10,768 nt of DNA from Atribacterota bacterium (GCA_038203565.1 JBBRDV010000046.1:1-10768); one strand, 5' to 3'. Positions 1 to 7,306 are shown, counted from the stretch's first letter. Notes: a model not told the origin generated them from the sequence alone. A program made the numbers and translations.

Positions 1-47
1 GCAAAATATTCAAATTCTTGAGTTAAAAGCTTGGTATTATTACCCAA
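1..47 (-). CDS. Partial CDS (N-terminus only), probable FAD-binding medium subunit of the xanthine dehydrogenase/CoxM family
   Basis: Not in the ORF track. The minus strand reads AGGTGG (RBS, overlapping the end of the upstream gene) TAAAG TTG GGT AAT AAT ACC AAG CTT TTA ACT CAA GAA TTT GAA TAT TTT GC = MGNNTKLLTQEFEYFA... An N-terminal 'F-(E/D)-Y-x-x-P' is typical of XdhB/CoxM FAD subunits (the Pro would lie beyond the window). It starts 2 nt after the Mo-subunit stop. Only 15 full codons are visible. Confidence 0.65.
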   Translation of the reverse strand, partial: MGNNTKLLTQEFEYF

Positions 48-49
48 CT

Positions 50-2422
50 TTACCACCTACCCTTCTGTCTTTTATCTTCTTCTTTTTCTTTTAGAGCCTT
101 AAGAACCTTTTCCGGTGTAATGGGAAGTTCGTAAAACCTAATTCCTATAGCATTGTAGACTGCATTTGCAACTGCGGAAGCCACGGAACTCAAGGCTGCC
201 TCTCCAATCCCTTTTGCTCCAAAGGGACCGGTTGGTTCATAAGTGTGAACGGATCTCACCGTAATATTGTCAACTTTTGGCATATCAAGAGCAGAGGGTA
301 CCTTACAATCGGTTATCATTCCATTACATTCCAATTTGCCATTATCCAGGTTATATTTGGTTTCTTCTAAAAGACTGAAACCAATCCCCCTGCTAAAAGC
401 TCCAATTATCTGTCCTTCCCATAAATCTGGGTTAATGATAGTTCCTGAGTCCCCCATAATGACGGCTCTCGGAATACTAATTTCTCCTGTTTTCGTATTT
501 ACCTCAACTTCTACAAAGTGGGTGATAAAACAGGGGGGACAATTTTTCTGTCTAAGGGTAGCGGTATAAGAAATGGTGCCCCAACTGGTAATGTGTGCAT
601 GTTCCGCTATTTCCCCAACCGTCATATAATTTTGAGGTATTTCCCGAGGATAAATGATGGCCTGGCCAAGTTTTTTATTACAAGTTAACTCCAGATTTTC
701 CGGCAAATCCTTGAAGAGAGTTGCAGCATAATTTAAAAGTATTTCTTTAACTTTTTCGGCTACATATTTTATTGCTCCACACCCGCAGTATATGCCTCGG
801 GTAGCGTGAGTATTTACATCAAAAACAGTAGTTTGGGTATCTACCCCATAAATACCTACTTTTTCAAAAGGTACTTTTAAAACTTCAGCCGCTACTTTTG
901 CTGCGGCATCCCAGGTTCCTCCCCCATGGTCCATCAGAGCAGTGACCACATCCACTGAACCATCTTCATTAATTTTAATGGTCGCACCCGAATAATCTAT
1001 CACTTCCCCTGGATTGGGACCACCGGTACCAGAAGTATGAAATCCTCTGGCAACTCCTATGCCTTTTTTAATATCTCCTGTTTTTTTTGAAGGGGGGATT
1101 CTCCCTTTCCATCCGGCAAGTTTAGCCCCTTCAATTAACATCTCTTCTACTCCGCAGCTTCTGATAATAGACCTTACCGTCGGACCCTGACCCCAGAATT
1201 CATCTCCTTTTCCCACATAATTTTTAAGACGAAGCTCAACCGGGTCCATATCTAATTTTTCAGCTAAAATATCCATTAAACTCTCCACCGCGAAATTTAT
1301 CTGAGGGTTACCATATCCCTGCATGGCACAGGCAGGTACTTTATTGGTATATATCGCAGTTCCTTGGTACTTTAAATTTTTATATTTATAAAGTGAAGCA
1401 AACCATCCGGCTACACAACCTAAATAAGGATAAGCCTGAATGTTGTGACCGCCGATCTCCACCCAGACCCGGCAGTAGGCAGCCGTTAATCTTCCGTCTT
1501 TTTTAGCACCAATTTTCAAGATAGTCTTCAGGGGATATTTTGAATGGTCATAAATGTCTTCTTCTCTGGTGGTCACCAATTTCACCGGTCTTTTTGCCTT
1601 TAAGGCCAAGGCAACACAAATGGGAGTAATTGAATTCATCTGAATGCTTGAACCGAAAGAACCTCCCAGGGTAATTCTTTTAACATTTACTTTATTAAGA
1701 GGAATATTAAAGATGTGACCTAAAAGTATGCGCACATTATGAATGCCCTGGGTAGTTGTCCATACGGTTATACCTCCGTCGGCCTCTGGAACACACACCG
1801 CAGATTTGGTTTCCAATTGCATGTGATAAACCCTTTGAGTATTAAATGTTCTTTCCACAATTTCGTCCGCTTCTTTAAAGCCTTCCTCAATATCACCAAC
1901 CTCAACATCTCGCTCACAGGCTATATTTTTCTTGGTGTCTACTCTTTCTTTTCCCAGGTAAACATGATCATATATCTGGGGTGCATTTGCCGCCATGGCC
2001 TCTTCAAGATTTAGGAGTGGTTCCCATTTCTTACCCCACTCTACTTTTATCTTTTTAAGAGCAGCAAAAGCCTCTTCCTCTGTCTCTGCAGCACAGGCAG
2101 CCACTGCTTCCCCTACGTGACGAACTTTATCTTTAGGTAAAACCGTTCTGTCACGATAAGTCTTATCCGGTATGCTAACTATTCGTTCATTATATAAAGT
2201 ATCCGGTATGTCATCAGGACCAATACATATTGCTCCCATCTTTTCTGCTTCTGTATAATCAACTTTCTTGATTTCAGCATGGGGGTAAGGGCTACGCAGA
2301 ACTACTGCATATAATTGACCAGGAATATTTACATCACAAGAATAAATTTCTTCGCCAGTTACTTTACCAATATTTTTTATATCAAACCTTTTACCGATAA
2401 AATCAAATTGCTGCTTTCCCAC
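50..2422 (-). CDS. Xanthine dehydrogenase/aldehyde oxidase-family molybdopterin-binding (large) subunit, substrate unknown
   Basis: Family motifs: KVTG..Y..D, LRSPYPHAEI, DKVRHVGEAVAA, HMQLE, TTTQG, LGGSFG, AMQGYGNPQ..FAVES.MD.LA..L.MDP.E.R..N, EVEVNTKTG, INP...EGQI.G...GIG, GPFGAKGIGE (catalytic Glu present). The ORF track starts at ATG 2446 (798 aa). GTG at 2422, preceded by GAGGGTGG, is the more likely start (790 aa) because ATG 2446 has no RBS and begins at the 6th base after a TATAAT box. Confidence 0.93.
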   Translation of the reverse strand: MGKQQFDFIGKRFDIKNIGKVTGEEIYSCDVNIPGQLYAVVLRSPYPHAEIKKVDYTEAEKMGAICIGPDDIPDTLYNERIVSIPDKTYRDRTVLPKDKVRHVGEAVAACAAETEEEAFAALKKIKVEWGKKWEPLLNLEEAMAANAPQIYDHVYLGKERVDTKKNIACERDVEVGDIEEGFKEADEIVERTFNTQRVYHMQLETKSAVCVPEADGGITVWTTTQGIHNVRILLGHIFNIPLNKVNVKRITLGGSFGSSIQMNSITPICVALALKAKRPVKLVTTREEDIYDHSKYPLKTILKIGAKKDGRLTAAYCRVWVEIGGHNIQAYPYLGCVAGWFASLYKYKNLKYQGTAIYTNKVPACAMQGYGNPQINFAVESLMDILAEKLDMDPVELRLKNYVGKGDEFWGQGPTVRSIIRSCGVEEMLIEGAKLAGWKGRIPPSKKTGDIKKGIGVARGFHTSGTGGPNPGEVIDYSGATIKINEDGSVDVVTALMDHGGGTWDAAAKVAAEVLKVPFEKVGIYGVDTQTTVFDVNTHATRGIYCGCGAIKYVAEKVKEILLNYAATLFKDLPENLELTCNKKLGQAIIYPREIPQNYMTVGEIAEHAHITSWGTISYTATLRQKNCPPCFITHFVEVEVNTKTGEISIPRAVIMGDSGTIINPDLWEGQIIGAFSRGIGFSLLEETKYNLDNGKLECNGMITDCKVPSALDMPKVDNITVRSVHTYEPTGPFGAKGIGEAALSSVASAVANAVYNAIGIRFYELPITPEKVLKALKEKEEDKRQKGRW

Positions 2423-2451
2423 AAAACCACCCTCTTCTATATTCATTTTCT

Positions 2452-2480
2452 ATTATAGTTTTTTAAATACGTTACTTCAA
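2452..2480 (-). promoter_or_regulatory. Sigma70-type promoter for the Xdh-family genes
   Basis: Minus strand: TTGAAG (2480-2475), 17-nt spacer, TATAAT (2457-2452). Predicted TSS near 2445-2446. Confidence 0.6.
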
Positions 2481-2488
2481 AAAACTAT
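2455..2488. repeat. Perfect 10-bp inverted repeat overlapping the predicted promoter (possible operator or stem-loop)
   Basis: ATAGTTTTTT (2455-2464), N14, AAAAAACTAT (2479-2488). The arms overlap the -10 and -35 boxes. Confidence 0.45.
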
Positions 2489-2601
2489 TTAGTTATTTTT
2501 ATTTATCATTTTTTACTTTCTATTATTTGTAATTATTAAAATAATTATTATATTTAAGCGATATATTAATTTTAGCTAACAATATACAATTAGTACAGTA
2601 A

Positions 2602-4488
2602 TTATTTTAATCTGTTCTCTTTTTCTAACTTATCAACAATATCACTTAAACCAATTTTCTCAAGTCCTTTTCGAGTTTGCCAACTAGTTTCTATATCCCA
2701 TCCGTGTAATCTATAAATAGTATCTAACATACTATCCCATATCTCGTGGTCAATATGCTCTCCTTCGTAAGGCCCTGATTTAACCGGTTCATTATAATAT
2801 CGTTCACATGGATAATCATCATTTCTGTCAAACCCTGCATGAATAGTATTAAAAGCTTTTTCTAAATTATGTGCTTGTAATCCAATATGCAATAACTCAT
2901 CTTTAGAAAGTAATCTTCCTGTCGCACTAGAAAATAATTCAACCCAGTCATCTACGGTCTGCCCATATACATAACTACATAATCCTAATATATCTTGGAT
3001 AGCCTTTTTTTTCTGATTATAATATAAATCCTCTGGCACGTTTTCATATGAATTAATGGGTCTATCACTTCTTAACCAAAAACCATTTAAACTACCTCGA
3101 AGATGTCGTCCTGCAACTGGTGATAAAATAATACCAAATCCCCATCCTTTATTAATTCTAACTCCATCTAAAGAGTCTTGTCCTTTAACATGAATGACAA
3201 ATTTTTCAGAATTATTGCCTAATTTCTTCGCTGCTTTCAATGCCCCATCTGCGAGAAAATCCCCAAAACCTTCCCGATAAGCTAATTTTTTAAGCATTTC
3301 TAACATAGCTTGATAATTTCCCCATACCAATTCAAGTCCATCGGTTTCCTTCTTAGTTATAAGGCCTTTTTCATAACATTCAAAAGCCCAAGAAATTGCC
3401 TGGGCAGCATTGTCTCCATCTAATCCTAATTGATTGGTTAATAAATGTGCATATATTGCTGCTTCAATATTTGTATTATCAATTTTTGTGCAATAAGAAT
3501 TTGCGGAATTATTCCACCAACCTTCACCCTGTATTTTATAAATCCCTTCTTTAATATCCATCCAGGGCTTACAGGAAATTGGACAACTAAAGCAGGAAAC
3601 AGTACCTTCTCGATATTTTTTTATTTCTTGTTCAGCAATTTTTGCAACTTTATCTTTACTCCAATATTCATCTTGCCCATTTCTAACCGGTCTATATCCC
3701 TGTTCCCAGGAAGGAGAATCTAATCGTCCTCCCATTGCACCATAATAGCCTTTTTCTCGAATTTCTTTAATTAGTTGCCATTTATTTATTCTGCACATCT
3801 CTTTATCTACAGCACTTATAAATTTTTCAGGTTGAGCAATTTCAATGCTTTTAGTTCCTCTAACTGCTATCGCTTTAAGATTTTTTGAACCCATAACCGC
3901 GCCACAACCTGAACCACCAGCAGCACATCCTCTATCGGCAATAATACAAGCAGACTTAACTAAGTTTTCACCTGCTGGGCCAATAGTCGCCACTCTAATT
4001 CTTTCATCATTTAATATTCGCCGAATTATTTTTTCCGTTTGCCAGGTAGTCTTGCCCCATAAAGAAGCCGCATCTCTTAACTCAGCTTTACCATTATTTA
4101 TCCAAAGGTAAACGGGAGTTTTGGATTTCCCACTAATGATAATATTGTCAAAGCCTGTAAATTTAAGCTCTGCACCAAAAAAACCTCCCACGTTAGCTGA
4201 ACCAATACCATTATTAAAAGCATTTTTGGTATCAACAGAGACCCTACATGCCCCTGCGGCAAGTGTACCTACTAATACACCAACACCAAAAGTAAGTATA
4301 TTTTCGGAGTCAGACCATTTTATCTCAGGATTTAATTCATTTAATAATATCCAAGTGTTTATAGCTCTGCCTCCTATCCATCTCTTAGCGTATTTTTCTG
4401 TTGGTTCAGTCCATATTTTGCCAGTGGTAAGGTTTACTCTCAAAATATTACCAGCATAACTGTAATGTTTATCACTTATTTTTTTCAT
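2602..4488 (-). CDS. Aldehyde:ferredoxin oxidoreductase (AOR/WOR)-family W/Mo-bis-pterin oxidoreductase, divergent active site
   Basis: 628 aa with YAGNILRVNLT, WIGGRA, SANVGGFFGAELKFTGFD, LWGK, IGPAGENLV, GAVMGSKNLKAIAVRG, [4Fe-4S] ligands CFSCPISC plus DILGLC, LGLD, AYREGFGDFLADG and YRLHGWD. RBS GGGGAG lies 7 nt upstream. ATGA overlap with the upstream Fe-S gene. Confidence 0.95.
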   Translation of the reverse strand: MKKISDKHYSYAGNILRVNLTTGKIWTEPTEKYAKRWIGGRAINTWILLNELNPEIKWSDSENILTFGVGVLVGTLAAGACRVSVDTKNAFNNGIGSANVGGFFGAELKFTGFDNIIISGKSKTPVYLWINNGKAELRDAASLWGKTTWQTEKIIRRILNDERIRVATIGPAGENLVKSACIIADRGCAAGGSGCGAVMGSKNLKAIAVRGTKSIEIAQPEKFISAVDKEMCRINKWQLIKEIREKGYYGAMGGRLDSPSWEQGYRPVRNGQDEYWSKDKVAKIAEQEIKKYREGTVSCFSCPISCKPWMDIKEGIYKIQGEGWWNNSANSYCTKIDNTNIEAAIYAHLLTNQLGLDGDNAAQAISWAFECYEKGLITKKETDGLELVWGNYQAMLEMLKKLAYREGFGDFLADGALKAAKKLGNNSEKFVIHVKGQDSLDGVRINKGWGFGIILSPVAGRHLRGSLNGFWLRSDRPINSYENVPEDLYYNQKKKAIQDILGLCSYVYGQTVDDWVELFSSATGRLLSKDELLHIGLQAHNLEKAFNTIHAGFDRNDDYPCERYYNEPVKSGPYEGEHIDHEIWDSMLDTIYRLHGWDIETSWQTRKGLEKIGLSDIVDKLEKENRLK

Positions 4489-4736
4489 TTCATTACTCCC
4501 CTGGCTCCGAAAACACAGTATTTAACACATAGAGGAACGTCTTCGCTTTCACAAAAATCACAAGTCTCATCTATTTTCATAGTAATTACTTTGTTCTCAT
4601 TACTTCTTAAAACTTTAGTACTAGATAGAGCGGGTTTAAATAATTTATGCTCACTTTTATGATAAGAACACACTAATTCACACCTTAGACATCCTTTGCA
4701 TTTCTTCGGATTCACCCATAATTTAAAATTATTCAT
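4485..4736 (-). CDS. Small 2x[4Fe-4S] ferredoxin-like protein (probable electron-transfer partner of the AOR)
   Basis: 83 aa with 8 Cys: CKGCLRCELVC and CDFC-x7-CVKYCVFGA. GAAGGA RBS upstream. Its TGA stop overlaps the AOR ATG (translational coupling). Confidence 0.9.
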   Translation of the reverse strand: MNNFKLWVNPKKCKGCLRCELVCSYHKSEHKLFKPALSSTKVLRSNENKVITMKIDETCDFCESEDVPLCVKYCVFGARGVMK

Positions 4737-4827
4737 TAATTCCTTCTTCTATCTAATATTTATATTTCTATAAAAAAATTCTTATCTAGAACCTTTTTTA
4801 AAAAATACATTATAAAAAATAATTAAC

Positions 4828-4861
4828 ATAAATATCGTATAAATATATAAATATATAAATA
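4828..4861. repeat. Short tandem repeat of ATAAATAT (about 4 copies) upstream of the ferredoxin-AOR pair
   Basis: ATAAATAT-cgt-ATAAATAT-ATAAATAT-ATAAATA, just upstream (minus sense) of a TATAAT at 4814-4809. Low-complexity sequence. Confidence 0.4.
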
Positions 4862-4910
4862 AGATAATATATCTAAACTTTATTTTTACTTTCTTAATAA
4901 AATCAATTTA

Positions 4911-4963
4911 GAAAAGTAAAAAGATTCCCGAGGATATTTTAATAATAAAAAATCCCCGGGAAT
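4911..4963 (-). terminator. Rho-independent terminator downstream of the binding-protein gene
   Basis: Minus RNA: AUUCCCGGGGAUUUUUUA-UUAU-UAAAAUAUCCUCGGGAAU (18-bp stem with one G-U pair and one U-U mismatch), followed by CUUUUUACUUUUC. It lies about 70 nt after the livK TAG. Confidence 0.85.
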
Positions 4964-5035
4964 TTATTTAATTTTTTTTAATTAGAAATTTGGAAATTTC
5001 AAGTATATATATTTGAATAATTTTTTGCAATTATT

Positions 5036-6181
5036 CTATTTCTGCCAAGGAACCCATTTTCCATTTCGTGATACTTTCAAAGTCAAACCACCAGTAATCG
5101 ACTGTCCATCTTTATCTAATTGAGTTAACCCAATAATTCCAGTATATTGAAAACCTGGATCAGCTATATAGTTAACTATAGCCGTCCTATCTGGACCTAC
5201 TTTTTTCAAAGCTTCGAGAATTATTCCTACTGCATCATAAGCATAAGGACCAGTTGCTTCATAGGGCTCACCAAAACCTGCAGTCTTATAGGCTTTTGCA
5301 AAATCAGAATCTTCACCTAACGCTAATTTTCCCACTATAATTGTTCCTTCAGCAGCAGAACCTGCAATTTCATTAAATGTTTCAGAATCTAATCCAGTTA
5401 CCCCAAAGTAAAGTATATTATCCATCTCTAATTCATGCATCTGTCTCTTACAAAGAGCTGCCTCGGTAGTAAGACCACCAAAATATATTGCTTCTGGTTT
5501 AAGTTCTTTAATTTTATTTAAAATTGGACGAAAATCTTTAGTCCCAACAGAAATTCCATCCTCAGATAAAAGCGTTCCTCCTCTCTCGCTTAGACTTCTC
5601 TTAAAATTATCATTACAATTTACTCCATAGCTACTAGTATCATAAATAATAGACCATTTCTTATTTCCTAGCTCATTTATTACCAAATCAGCCCCAAAAT
5701 TATGTTCCGCAATATTATCAGCACATATTCGAAAAACTTCTTTATAATCATTCCCCCGAGTAATATCAGGATGTATCCCGCTTGGCATTATCTGAGCAAC
5801 ACCAAAACGATGAAAAATTGGTCCTGTTGCTAAAGCTACTGGACTATTAAAATGTGAAACAACTGCAATTATATCAGGGTCTGAACATAGCTTTAAAGCA
5901 GCAGCCACTCCCGTAGTTGGGTCTGAAGCATCGTCTTCCGCAACCAATTGTATTTCATAGGGAAATTCACCCGAAGCATTTGCCTGCTGCACTGCTAATC
6001 CAGCACTATTCTTTGCTCCTATTCCAACGGCAGCAGTAGGCCCTGTTAACGGATCAATAAAACCTATTTTTACTACTTTTTTTGCATCAGCCCAAACTAA
6101 ATTTGTTTGACACAAGACAAACGCTAAAATCAAAGAAAAAACTAATATTAAATATAACTTATTTTTTAATATACTTTTCAT
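5036..6181 (-). CDS. livK: HAAT/Liv-family ABC transporter substrate-binding protein (LivK/LivJ-like)
   Basis: 381 aa. Basic n-region and hydrophobic signal peptide ending VWA-D. Motifs VKIGFIDPLTGPTA..G, EDDASDP, SHFNS, YDTSSYG, DFRPILNKIK, PEAIYFGG, YAYDAV. There is no RBS directly before ATG 6181 (see findings). Confidence 0.92.
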   Translation of the reverse strand: MKSILKNKLYLILVFSLILAFVLCQTNLVWADAKKVVKIGFIDPLTGPTAAVGIGAKNSAGLAVQQANASGEFPYEIQLVAEDDASDPTTGVAAALKLCSDPDIIAVVSHFNSPVALATGPIFHRFGVAQIMPSGIHPDITRGNDYKEVFRICADNIAEHNFGADLVINELGNKKWSIIYDTSSYGVNCNDNFKRSLSERGGTLLSEDGISVGTKDFRPILNKIKELKPEAIYFGGLTTEAALCKRQMHELEMDNILYFGVTGLDSETFNEIAGSAAEGTIIVGKLALGEDSDFAKAYKTAGFGEPYEATGPYAYDAVGIILEALKKVGPDRTAIVNYIADPGFQYTGIIGLTQLDKDGQSITGGLTLKVSRNGKWVPWQK

Positions 6182-6356
6182 TTTTTTTAGTATTAAAGAA
6201 GTTAAAGATATAAACTTATTTTAATACATTCACGCTCCTTTTTTTTATTTTTATTTTACTTACATTTATTTACAATTCCCTTATTTTGTTTTATCCATAT
6301 CACCTCACTTTTATTTTTAATTTTTCGATGATCTGCAAGGATAAATTGTTTATTAA

Positions 6357-7271
6357 TTAGACTTTTTCAATAACCTTTTTACCAAGAATCCCGGAGGGTT
6401 TAAAAAGCAAAAAAAGTACAACCACTATAAATGAAAATATTTCTTTATAGGGTGAACCTCCAGGGACAAAAGCCATAGTAAAAGATTCCACTATTCCTAA
6501 AATCAACCCACCAATAATGGCGCCGTATACATTCCCTAATCCTCCCATTACTGCAGCAGAAAATCCAATAATACCCCCCATTAGTCCCATATCAAATTTG
6601 ACTATATTATAATACATACCATTTAAAATACCTGCCACTGCTCATATAGTAGAAGCCAAAAAGAAAGTAATCATAAAAATTTTATCTAAATCTATGCCCA
6701 ATACTTGAGCTGCCTCTACATTTTGGGAAGTAGCTCGTATTTGTAAACCAATTTTAGTATTATTTATAAAAAGAGATAAAAGAAAATAAATTATTCCTGC
6801 TATTGCTATAATCATAATATTACCAAATCTAATAGTTACTCCTCCCACTAAAAAATCCCATTGAGGAAAACTTAACGGAAATAATTTGGGACTGGCTCCA
6901 GATGGATAAAATATTTTTATCCCCTCTCGAATTATAAAGCCAACTGCAACTGTACTTAAAAGAATTATTAATCCAGGAGATTTTCTAAAAGGTTTTACAC
7001 AAATCTTTTCAATTACCGTTCCAATTAAACCAGTTATTATTAATGTAAAAATTATGGTTAAAAAAATTACCAACCAAATTGGGAAAAATTCTATTTTCGA
7101 TAAAAAAGTCATAATTGCCATGCTTACAAATGCACCTAAAAAGCATATGTCCGCATGAGCAAATTGCACTACCTTTAATACCCCAAATAATAAAGAAAAA
7201 CCAGAAGCAATAAGAGCATACATAATTCCCAACATTAAACCGGTTATAACTTGATTAACAACTAAAACCAT
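6357..7271 (-). pseudogene. livH: LivH-like ABC permease interrupted by one in-frame TGA (6642-6644)
   Basis: ORFs 6642..7271 and 6357..6638 are in the same frame: ...TTG GCT TCT ACT ATA TGA GCA GTG GCA GGT... = FFLASTI*AVAGILNG. The joined length is 304 codons, normal for LivH. Motifs QVITGLMLGIMYALIASGFSLLFGVLKVVQFAH, G.QIRATSQNVEAAQVLGID and AAVMGGLGNVYGAIIGG. RBS AAAGGAG. A sequencing error cannot be excluded. Confidence 0.8.
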
Positions 7272-7306
7272 GTTTAACTCCTTTCAGTTAAATATAGAAA
7301 TATTTA

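Noticed and set aside
267..2014. Plus-strand ORFs 267..569 and 1739..2014
   Set aside because: Antisense shadows of the Xdh-family gene, with no recognisable motifs.
50..2422. Calling the Mo subunit coxL, xdhA or hcrA specifically
   Set aside because: It lacks the VAYRCSFR loop of CO dehydrogenase and departs from the xanthine dehydrogenase and 4-hydroxybenzoyl-CoA reductase motifs. Only a family-level call is supportable.
2557..2583. ModE-like box (AGCGATATATT-N5-TAGCTAACAAT) between the AOR and Mo-subunit genes
   Set aside because: Attractive given the Mo/W context, but the spacer is a base short, the right half is degenerate, and the region is extremely AT-rich.
3445..4662. Plus-strand ORFs 3445..3723, 3845..4111, 4121..4459 and 4465..4662
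   Set aside because: Antisense to the well-supported AOR and ferredoxin genes, with no recognisable protein features.
6357..6638. 93-aa ORF as an independent gene
   Set aside because: It is the in-frame C-terminal third of LivH and has no real RBS.
6642..6644. TGA as evidence of genetic code 25 (TGA=Gly) or code 4 (TGA=Trp)
   Set aside because: It is the only internal TGA in about 3,000 codons rich in Gly, and Trp is encoded by TGG. TGA also acts as a stop in a classic ATGA overlap at 4485-4488. A point mutation or error is simpler.
6600..6644. Selenocysteine insertion in LivH
   Set aside because: The position is Gly/Ala in a membrane helix of homologues, not Cys, and no convincing SECIS-like hairpin follows the TGA.
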